Below are positions 40,783 to 48,627 of a stretch of 64,000 nt of DNA, in pieces (within the stretch, counting starts at the first letter, position 1; each line of letters opens with the position of its first letter). The notes below the pieces were generated by a model that had not been told where the DNA came from, ran no database searches, and was given only the letters and a program-made list of their open reading frames with translations. Location: the IMG/VR virus record IMGVR_UViG_3300042887_005324, positions 64,001 to 128,000 of that record; one strand, written 5' to 3'. Source of the DNA: a virus. The position numbers and the translations under genes were made by a program.

Positions 40783-41138
40783 TTACAATATTTTTCTATT
40801 AGTTCTACAAGTACATCACCATGACAAGATTTTCCACCACCACCTTCATTCTTACACCAACATCCTAAAACTTTATCTTTTATTTCATGTAAATCTTTCA
40901 ATAAGTATTGACCTTCACCATTTTCTAACCAGTCTCGATATTTATCGATTGCTTCTTTACGAGAAGAACAAATAAACTTTGCTTGAGTATTTCTGTCTTT
41001 GATATGGGTAAATGGACAACCCCACTTCGAAGGTCTCGCAATAAAAACATCATAGTTTTCTTTTCTATGATGCACAACTCTTGTAGTGTGTTTCAACTTC
41101 TTGGGTTGTTTGAACATATTGTCAAATTCATCAAACAT
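40779..41138 (-). CDS. DUF4326-family protein
   Basis: FIARPSKWGCPF..LGCWC..CHGDVL. Confidence 0.8.
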   Translation of the reverse strand: MFDEFDNMFKQPKKLKHTTRVVHHRKENYDVFIARPSKWGCPFTHIKDRNTQAKFICSSRKEAIDKYRDWLENGEGQYLLKDLHEIKDKVLGCWCKNEGGGGKSCHGDVLVELIEKYCK

Positions 41139-41201
41139 ATTTTATATCAACATAGTTATAGGCTTCAAATATATAAATTATAAATTCAATTTCAAAATAA
41201 A

Positions 41202-42071
41202 ATGTTAAAATTATCCGAAAAAGTTGGACAAACTCCTTTAATCAAAATCTCTGAAAAAATTTACGCCAAATTCGAAGGTTCAAATCCAAGTGGTTCTATC
41301 AAAGATAGAATGGCTACTTATATAATAAACCATGCTGAAGAAAATAATCTTATTAAAAAAGGTGATACTATTATTGAGGCAACATCAGGCAACTCAGGTA
41401 TAGCATTTGCTTTTCTAGCTGCCGAAAGAGGATACCATTGTAAGATTGTTATGCCAAGAAATATGTCTGAAGAAAGAAAACAAATGCTGAGATTATACGG
41501 TGCTGAATTGATTGAAGTCGATGATGGTAAATTTGACGACGCAATTGCTCTTAGAGATAAATTATCCATTGAAAATGGATGGTTTAATCCTAAACAATTT
41601 AATAATCCACTGAATATAGAAGCTCATCAGAAAACAACCGCAGTTGAGCTACTACATCAACACACAGAAGAAATATCAGCTTTTATAGATGGAACCGGAA
41701 CTGGTGGAACTTTAATGGGAATTAGTTCAATATTAAAAAATCATCATCCAGATATTAAAACAGTTGCAGTCGAACCAGCAGAATCACCAGTAATGTCAGG
41801 TGGTGAACCAGGTCTACATGGAATTCAGGGAATTGGTGATGGCTCAAAATTCTTAGTTGATTTGAATAAAGTAGATGAAATTATTATAATCTCAACAGAA
41901 GAAGCCAAAGAAAGAGCAAGAGCGTTAGCAAAAGAAAAGGGATTATTAGTAGGAATTAGCTCTGGTGCTAATATTTTAGCAGCTGAAAGATTTGTAGAAA
42001 AATATCAACCAAAAGGTAATGTTATAACTATTCTATGTGATAGAGGTGAAAGATATTTATCATGTTTATAA
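41202..42071 (+). CDS. cysK: cysteine synthase (O-acetylserine thiol-lyase)
   Basis: NPSGSIKDR (PLP lysine), EATSGNSG, GTGGT, HGIQGIG, GISSGAN, DRGERYLS. Confidence 0.95.
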   Translation: MLKLSEKVGQTPLIKISEKIYAKFEGSNPSGSIKDRMATYIINHAEENNLIKKGDTIIEATSGNSGIAFAFLAAERGYHCKIVMPRNMSEERKQMLRLYGAELIEVDDGKFDDAIALRDKLSIENGWFNPKQFNNPLNIEAHQKTTAVELLHQHTEEISAFIDGTGTGGTLMGISSILKNHHPDIKTVAVEPAESPVMSGGEPGLHGIQGIGDGSKFLVDLNKVDEIIIISTEEAKERARALAKEKGLLVGISSGANILAAERFVEKYQPKGNVITILCDRGERYLSCL

Positions 42072-42087
42072 ATTAATATATACTATT

Positions 42088-42684
42088 ATGAAATGGATGA
42101 AAAAATTTGAAACATTTGTTACTGATCTTAACAGAGATACAGAAACAACTGATTATGTACCAAAACATAATCCAGTATTAAGACAAGTTGCTACTGAATT
42201 TGTAGATTCTTTACTAAAAGGTAATGATTATGATAAACTATTCAAATTGGTTGGTATGGAACTTCCTAAAGAAATTGAAGGTTCAGAACTAGACGAGTTA
42301 TTTGATGAAGTCAAAGATAAAGCAATCGAATTCTTTATTGATAATCCAGAACAAATTGGTAAAGATATTACCCTAAAACAATTTAGTGTTAATGGTGGGG
42401 ATGGTATACCAAGAGTTCAAAACAATTTAGGTGGTTCAAGTCATGCTAACTCTTTAATAATTGGTGAAAGTAAATCAAACTTCGACACTGAAGTTGAAAT
42501 ATCTGAAGACGATATGCAACAATTTCAAAACCAAGAACCACTAATAGAACTAATTAGAAAAAACAAAATAGGTTTAGGTAATAAGAAAGTTCACTTCAAC
42601 AAAAAAGATGAAGAAACTATTAAAACTTTAGATATCTATTTTGAAATAGATCAAAAAGATTTAGAATCTGATATAGAAGAATAA
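42088..42684 (+). CDS. acidic hypothetical protein (start revised to MKWMKKFETF)
   Basis: ATG at 42088 directly after AATATATA (42075-42082). Confidence 0.7.
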   Translation: MKWMKKFETFVTDLNRDTETTDYVPKHNPVLRQVATEFVDSLLKGNDYDKLFKLVGMELPKEIEGSELDELFDEVKDKAIEFFIDNPEQIGKDITLKQFSVNGGDGIPRVQNNLGGSSHANSLIIGESKSNFDTEVEISEDDMQQFQNQEPLIELIRKNKIGLGNKKVHFNKKDEETIKTLDIYFEIDQKDLESDIEE

Positions 42685-42690
42685 AAAATT

Positions 42691-42716
42691 AAACCTCTCA
42701 ATCGAGAGGTTTTTTT
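42691..42716. terminator. bidirectional terminator, near-identical to the one at 8961
   Basis: AAACCTCTC-AATC-GAGAGGTTTTTTT. Confidence 0.75.
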
Positions 42717-42961
42717 ATATCATCAATCCTTTTAGACAAATCCGTATCCTTTTGAGTTACTCTACCTTCATCATGAGTAACTAATGTTATCTTAACTTTA
42801 TTATAATTCCAATTAATTTCTGGGTGATGATTCATTTCTTCTGATAATTCAGCAACCTTATTAACAAAATCTAAAGCTTCATTAAAATCCTTAAAAGAAA
42901 ATTCTTTTACAATTTTATCTTTGCCACTCCAATCAGATTCAAACAATTTGATATATTTCAT
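42698..42961 (-). CDS. phhB: pterin-4-alpha-carbinolamine dehydratase
   Basis: FKDFNEALDFVNKVAELSEEMNHHPEI..THD..DTDLS. Confidence 0.88.
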   Translation of the reverse strand: MKYIKLFESDWSGKDKIVKEFSFKDFNEALDFVNKVAELSEEMNHHPEINWNYNKVKITLVTHDEGRVTQKDTDLSKRIDDIKKPLD

Positions 42962-42977
42962 TAAGGTATATATTAAA

Positions 42978-44207
42978 TTATGACTTCAAATTGTTCCAAA
43001 GTATCTGATAGATATCTTCAATCTGGTCATATCTAATTCTGATGAGATTTATATAATTATCTTCACAATAATCATTTTTAATTTTGTCGTTGATTTTAAG
43101 AGATTCATAAGCCTTTACGCCACCAAAGAATTCCATAGGTTGATAATGTTGTTTGCCATCAAACTCAATACAAGTTCTTTTACTTGGTATGTAGAAATCA
43201 AATGGTAGTTTATATCTTTTACCAGCACATCCATCAAATCTATGCTGCCTAATATAATAAATCTTATATTTATTTAGGAATTTTGCAATTAACTTTTCAC
43301 CTCTGGACTCCGAGCAACTATTACACCCAAATCCTTGAAGATGTGAGACGGGTCTTTGTTCAAAATCTCCATGTATTGGACAAGTTATTAGTAATTTGGT
43401 CTGATTATTTATATAGACTGACTTATCATAATTATATTTATTGTCATGTACTCTAGATGATATTTCCTTGAATTCCTCAATTGTTCTTCTTTTTTTAACA
43501 TTTTCTATTAAGCCACTTGAATATAAATGAGCTCCAGCTTTTTGCTCATAAATTATCCCATTGTATTTAATTTTTACCTTTTTTTGAATTCCTTTGTATT
43601 CGACCAAAGAATAGTCATACTTATTCCCATGTCTTTGATAGCATTTTTTGATAAAATCATCGGTATTTTTTACATTTTGACTTTCACATTTATATCCAGA
43701 TAGATGTTGAGATGGCGTTTGGTAGTAGATATTATTTTTATATAATATCACAACATCTACATGAGAGCCTTTATATTCCACAAGTGAGTAGTCATATTTA
43801 TATCCCCAGATTTTACGAGCATCTTCGATAAATTCGTTCTTAGTTCTTAATTTCTTTCCTTTTTCTGGACATCTACCCATAAGATGTTTGCTTGGAGATT
43901 GTAAATATTCAGTATTATCTAATATGATTATGACATTACTTTTCATATTTATGAACTTTGTTTTACCATAATCATATTTATCACCATGTATTTTCTTTGA
44001 TTCAAAGATGAATCTTTCTGTACTCCATCTAAGCTCACATAGTTTACCAAGTAAATGATCTTCTGGTTTTTGTTCAAAAATCCAATCGTCATAAATTATT
44101 TTAACTTTTGATTTCATATTAACATAATTTACTAGTGAATAGTCATATTTATTTCCATAAATTTCCTTCGATTTATTTATGAATTCTTCGTTAGTCATTT
44201 TTTTCAT
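42978..44207 (-). mobile_element. putative homing endonuclease: tandem FI..HG.KYDYS.V.Y repeats plus C-terminal PD-(D/E)xK (Vsr/DUF559-like) nuclease
   Basis: Five KYDY/KYNY repeats, CPIHG..GCNSC..SRGE, FDFYIP..IEFDGKQHY..DKIKNDYC..LIRI. Confidence 0.8.
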
Positions 44208-44342
44208 AATTTATATATAAATCTATCACTTCTTCATTCCCTCTTTTTAATAAAGTTTTTGTAATTTTTTTTTAATTTTAATAAAACACAAAACAGGTGA
44301 TTTGGAAGTTTATATATAAGTTATAAAAAATTAATTCATAAA

Positions 44343-45566
44343 ATGGCAAAAACTAAAGAAGTTAAGAAATTTGAGTTCAGTAAAGTTGGATCAATATTAG
44401 ATAATATTGCTAAAACAGTACCAGTTCAAATTAAAAAAGAAATTAAAGAAAAAGTATTTATTACTACTGGTGTTTACTTATTAGATGCAGCTTTATCAGG
44501 TAGATTATTAGGAGGTGGTGTTGCTAATAATAGAATAACCGCGTTTGCTGGTGAATCTGGATCAGGAAAATCATTTCTAGCATACTCTTGTGCAAGACAC
44601 GCCCAAAAATCTGGATATTCAATTATTTACATTGATACAGAACAAGCAATTGACTTAGAAGATCTTCCTAAATTTGGAATTGACAACTCATTAGAAAAAT
44701 TTAGATTAATCTCTTCAAATAAAGTAGAAGATGTTAATATCTTATTAACACAATTAATTGATGAACTTAAAGAACAAAAATTAGGTGGATTTGAATTACC
44801 AAAGCTAATGATTGTACTTGATTCATTGGGACAAATGGCTTCTAATAAAGAAAAAGAAGATTTATTGAAAGGCGATATCAAACAAGATATGACTAAAGCT
44901 AAAGCATTAGGTTCAATGTTCCGTTCAATCAATACAGATTTAGGATATTTAGAGATTCCAATGCTAGTATGTAACCATACCTATCAGACTTTAGATCTCT
45001 TCAGTACAGAAAAATTGAAAGGCGGTAATGGCCTTCTATATTCAGCTTCAGTAATTGGTTTCATGAGTAAATCAAAATTAAAGACTTCTGAGGAAGATGA
45101 GATGGATTTGGGAGCATCAGGTATTACTGTACTTTTCAAAACGGCTAAAAACCGTATGGCTAAACCAAAGAAAATCAGGTTTGATATTTCATTTATACAT
45201 GGTATGAATCCATATACTGGATTAGATGCTTTCTGTCGTCCAGAATATTTTAATCAAATTGGTATCGCTCAAGGTAAGGCAGAAGTTGATAAGTCAACCG
45301 GTGAATTTAAATTCACACCAGGTGGTAACCGTTGGTATGTTTCTCACTTAGATAAATCATTCACAACAAAACAGTTATTTACTTCAGAAATCTTTACACA
45401 AGAGGTTCTTGAGAAAATGGCTCCAATTGTTAATGATTATTTCCGATTCAAATCATTAGATGAAATTGAAGAAACTGAAAAGCAATTTAACCAAATGATA
45501 GAAGATGATGGAACTGATGATAACGGTTTCTCAGATAGTTTAAGTGCAGATGATTTGTTCAACTAA
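44343..45566 (+). CDS. uvsX: UvsX/RecA-like recombinase
   Basis: LDAALSG, AGESGSGKS, YIDTE, LDSLG, NHTY, GGNG..YSAS. Confidence 0.9.
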   Translation: MAKTKEVKKFEFSKVGSILDNIAKTVPVQIKKEIKEKVFITTGVYLLDAALSGRLLGGGVANNRITAFAGESGSGKSFLAYSCARHAQKSGYSIIYIDTEQAIDLEDLPKFGIDNSLEKFRLISSNKVEDVNILLTQLIDELKEQKLGGFELPKLMIVLDSLGQMASNKEKEDLLKGDIKQDMTKAKALGSMFRSINTDLGYLEIPMLVCNHTYQTLDLFSTEKLKGGNGLLYSASVIGFMSKSKLKTSEEDEMDLGASGITVLFKTAKNRMAKPKKIRFDISFIHGMNPYTGLDAFCRPEYFNQIGIAQGKAEVDKSTGEFKFTPGGNRWYVSHLDKSFTTKQLFTSEIFTQEVLEKMAPIVNDYFRFKSLDEIEETEKQFNQMIEDDGTDDNGFSDSLSADDLFN

Positions 45567-45583
45567 AAAGTTAAAAAAGTAAG

Positions 45584-46372
45584 ATGGAAATATCCGAAAA
45601 ACTTAGACACATCTATAATTATAATAATTTTGTAGATTTAATAGTAGAGGGATTGATACACACATATCCAATCAAGACTACAATTAAATTAATAAAAAGA
45701 GAATTAAATGGTATTAAATCAAAAATCGATATAGAAGAAGAGACTGGTACGATTTTTCTAAAAGGATACTCGAATCATTTCAATAAAGATAATATCATTC
45801 AATTAATAAGAGTTATTACTTTGTGTGGGTATTTTCCATCTATTTTTGAACTTTATGATGAAGATGATAACTTATTGAGGTCATTCAATTACAAATCAAC
45901 AAATGATAAAGAAAATGAGATATTTTTGTCTAATTTATTATTTGAGATTCAAAAATCATATTTTACTCAAATAATAATTGAATCTAAATTCAATCAAAAT
46001 ATTACTAATATACCAAATAAGCTTTATCATGTTGCTCCTTACACATTTAGAGACAAAATATTGGTAAAGGGTTTATCACCAAAAACATTAAGTAAGAAAG
46101 CATATCATCCGGGTAGAATATATTTGGGATTTAATCTTCTGATAACTAAAAATTTAGCTTATCAGTTTGAATATAAAGGAGAATATGTCTTATTTGAAAT
46201 CGACACAGAAAAAATAGGAGTAAATAATCTAAAATTAAAAGATTATATTCAGATCTATGATGATCCAGATTTTCCTAAAAATGGCTGCTATACAAATGAA
46301 AATATACCTCCAAATTGTATAAAAGAAATTTTAAAATTTAAAAATACTAACGATGAAACAAAAGGTTTATAA
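45584..46372 (+). CDS. protein with C-terminal ADP-ribosyltransferase/Tpt1-like fold
   Basis: LYHVAP..KILVKGL.P..RIYL..LFEIDT..YTNENIPPNCI. Confidence 0.55.
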   Translation: MEISEKLRHIYNYNNFVDLIVEGLIHTYPIKTTIKLIKRELNGIKSKIDIEEETGTIFLKGYSNHFNKDNIIQLIRVITLCGYFPSIFELYDEDDNLLRSFNYKSTNDKENEIFLSNLLFEIQKSYFTQIIIESKFNQNITNIPNKLYHVAPYTFRDKILVKGLSPKTLSKKAYHPGRIYLGFNLLITKNLAYQFEYKGEYVLFEIDTEKIGVNNLKLKDYIQIYDDPDFPKNGCYTNENIPPNCIKEILKFKNTNDETKGL

Positions 46373-46550
46373 TATTTTGCGAGAAAAGAATATTGACTAT
46401 AAAAAATTCAATATTGATACATTATGTGATGCGGGTATTAATAACATTGTAAACAACATAGAGTTTTATTTTGATAAACCTTATTCATGTGAGTCAGTTT
46501 TCAAAGAACTATTTACAAGGGGAGTAATTAATTATATAAATTCTAAGTAA
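46353..46550 (+). CDS. small hypothetical protein
   Basis: 65 aa ORF overlapping the upstream stop, ends before a terminator. Confidence 0.5.
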   Translation: MKQKVYNILREKNIDYKKFNIDTLCDAGINNIVNNIEFYFDKPYSCESVFKELFTRGVINYINSK

Positions 46551-46554
46551 AAAG

Positions 46555-46584
46555 AAAACCTCAGATTAATCTGAGGTTTTTTTT
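46555..46584. terminator. bidirectional terminator
   Basis: Palindrome AAAACCTCAGATTAATCTGAGGTTTT plus T-tract. Confidence 0.75.
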
Positions 46585-47036
46585 ATTGAAGATATTTTAT
46601 GTCTAAATATTATAAAAGACCAGAAAAATACTAAAAGTAAATTATAGAAATAATTAAACCATTCTATATTATAGACTGTCTTCAAAAAAATATCAATAAT
46701 TAGAAATGAAATTATCAGAAATATAAGATACTTAAAGAATGTATTAAAGGTATCTTTAAGTAAGTATAATTTTAATTTATTAATCTTTGAAAATAAACTA
46801 TATTTTGTAAGAGTGTCGAGTTTTTGATGTCTATAACATTTCTTACAAAGTTGATAGTTACTTTTATTCTGAGATAATATCAAGAGCTTTTGATGTATAT
46901 CCAGTTCAATTATTTCTTTACAAGAATAACACTTTTCGCCTAATTTTAGTTCAAAAGTAATATATTCACTTTTACGAGCAAGCATTGAGTAATAAATAGC
47001 AAAGAATAAAGGAATTAAAATAGTAAGGATAATCAT
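46566..47036 (-). CDS. membrane protein with CxxC...CxxC zinc ribbon
   Basis: CYSC/CKKC and three hydrophobic segments. Confidence 0.65.
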   Translation of the reverse strand: MIILTILIPLFFAIYYSMLARKSEYITFELKLGEKCYSCKEIIELDIHQKLLILSQNKSNYQLCKKCYRHQKLDTLTKYSLFSKINKLKLYLLKDTFNTFFKYLIFLIISFLIIDIFLKTVYNIEWFNYFYNLLLVFFWSFIIFRHKISSIKKTSD

Positions 47037-47485
47037 TTCAAAAGTGAATTTAACAAATGATTTCTTTTTTCAACTTTATTGATAGTCTTAAAACATTCTG
47101 GTCCGAATCCTGTTTCAATAGATTCTGGAACAGTTAATTGTCTACCACATTTACCACATTTACCATCGTGGTAAATCTCAATTAGTTCTGATAGTTGATT
47201 TTTTTGTAATTTATCAATTACATAAGTAAAAACTTTAACAGATTGTGAGTCTTGTTTAATATGAGATTTAATTGAATGTTTATAAACATTGTTTTTAACT
47301 GATCCGATAAATGTATAGGTATCGGGATTAGTCAAAACATTGACAAAGTAAAGATCGTATATTTTATGTTTGACTACTTTATAGGTGAATCTATTTTCGG
47401 TACTAGTATTTAAGAAAGTAACAAAAGATTTACCACCAAAGATAAAGTTTAAGGCTGATTCGTGTTTTATTATTCCAGATACCAT
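47033..47485 (-). CDS. DUF6011-like zinc-finger protein (start revised to MVSGIIKH)
   Basis: CGKCGRQLTVPESIETGFGPEC; TATATTTG element at 47505-47512. Confidence 0.7.
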   Translation of the reverse strand: MVSGIIKHESALNFIFGGKSFVTFLNTSTENRFTYKVVKHKIYDLYFVNVLTNPDTYTFIGSVKNNVYKHSIKSHIKQDSQSVKVFTYVIDKLQKNQLSELIEIYHDGKCGKCGRQLTVPESIETGFGPECFKTINKVEKRNHLLNSLLK

Positions 47486-47565
47486 ATTATTTATGATTAG
47501 ATTACAAATATAACTAAAATTTTTCAAAGAAAAAAGGAAAACATGAGAAGTTTATAAATAATATT

Positions 47566-48264
47566 ATGAAATATAATCTTATTGGAATTGACCCTTCATT
47601 GATTTCTACTGGTGTAGTTATTAATGGTAAAATGTTTAATTATTGTCGTGAAAGTGATGCTACTTTATCTAAAGGAGGATTTAGTAAATGGTTCAAGCTT
47701 TGTGAAGGCAAAATAGAGTTAAGATATATTAAATATCGTGAATTTGAAAATTATTCAGAGGGTGAACTAACTAAATTAAAAGATTATGATTTTATAACTG
47801 ATATGATCATTTCTGACATTGAAAAGAATATTGATAAGTCTTTAGAAAGTAAAGTAGCAATTGAGGGTTATAATTTTGGAGCACAAGTAGGTGATTTAAT
47901 TGATTTAGTTACTTTTTCAACATTACTCAGAAAAAAGATTTACGATTATATTACTAAAGACATTACTGTTTTATCGCCATCTACCTTAAAACAAGAATCA
48001 TGTAAGTTAACTTATAATCCAGTTGATATTGGTAAGAAAAAACCAAAATTAGAATGGAGAAATCATTTTGGGATTTCTGGAGGTAATTTCACAAAAAGAG
48101 AAATCTTTTTATCAATTGTTGAAAATAGTAATTGGACAGATGAATGGGCACTACATTGTAAGGATATACAAGTAGATTTATTAGAAAATAAGACTATTAA
48201 AAAACCTTATGAAGATGTCAATGATGCTTATATTCTTTGGCAGTATTTAAATAAAATCAGTTAA
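47566..48264 (+). CDS. RuvC-like (RNase H fold) nuclease / Holliday junction resolvase
   Basis: IGIDPS..TG, AIEGY, PSTLK, DVNDAY. Confidence 0.75.
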   Translation: MKYNLIGIDPSLISTGVVINGKMFNYCRESDATLSKGGFSKWFKLCEGKIELRYIKYREFENYSEGELTKLKDYDFITDMIISDIEKNIDKSLESKVAIEGYNFGAQVGDLIDLVTFSTLLRKKIYDYITKDITVLSPSTLKQESCKLTYNPVDIGKKKPKLEWRNHFGISGGNFTKREIFLSIVENSNWTDEWALHCKDIQVDLLENKTIKKPYEDVNDAYILWQYLNKIS

Positions 48265-48290
48265 AAAGTTAATAACTTTTTCGACTTCGA

Positions 48291-48596
48291 CTAAAAGCCA
48301 TAGTCATTTAATAGTTCGATTAATCTATCTTTAAAATCTGTTTTACCATGTTGAGAAGACAGTATACCTTGAATAGTTCTATCAGCTAAAACTTTTCTTT
48401 CTTCGACTTGCTCATCTAGCTGTTTTTGTTTCATAGATTTTTCTTCAAGTTCAGAAAGGTATTTACCAGAAGTTTCTTTTCTTCTTTTTTCGATTTCTTC
48501 CAATCTTGCTTTTTCGAAGTCTTCTCTTGCCTTTTGTTGAAGTTCAAGTTGTCTTTTATAATCGAGTTCTTCGTTGAATTTAGATAAATGTTTCAT
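48291..48596 (-). CDS. coiled-coil protein with capsid-targeting-like leader
   Basis: MKHLSKFNEE N-terminus after AATATATA motif. Confidence 0.7.
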   Translation of the reverse strand: MKHLSKFNEELDYKRQLELQQKAREDFEKARLEEIEKRRKETSGKYLSELEEKSMKQKQLDEQVEERKVLADRTIQGILSSQHGKTDFKDRLIELLNDYGF

Positions 48597-48627
48597 ATTG
48601 TATATATTTAGTTTTAATATTAAAAAA

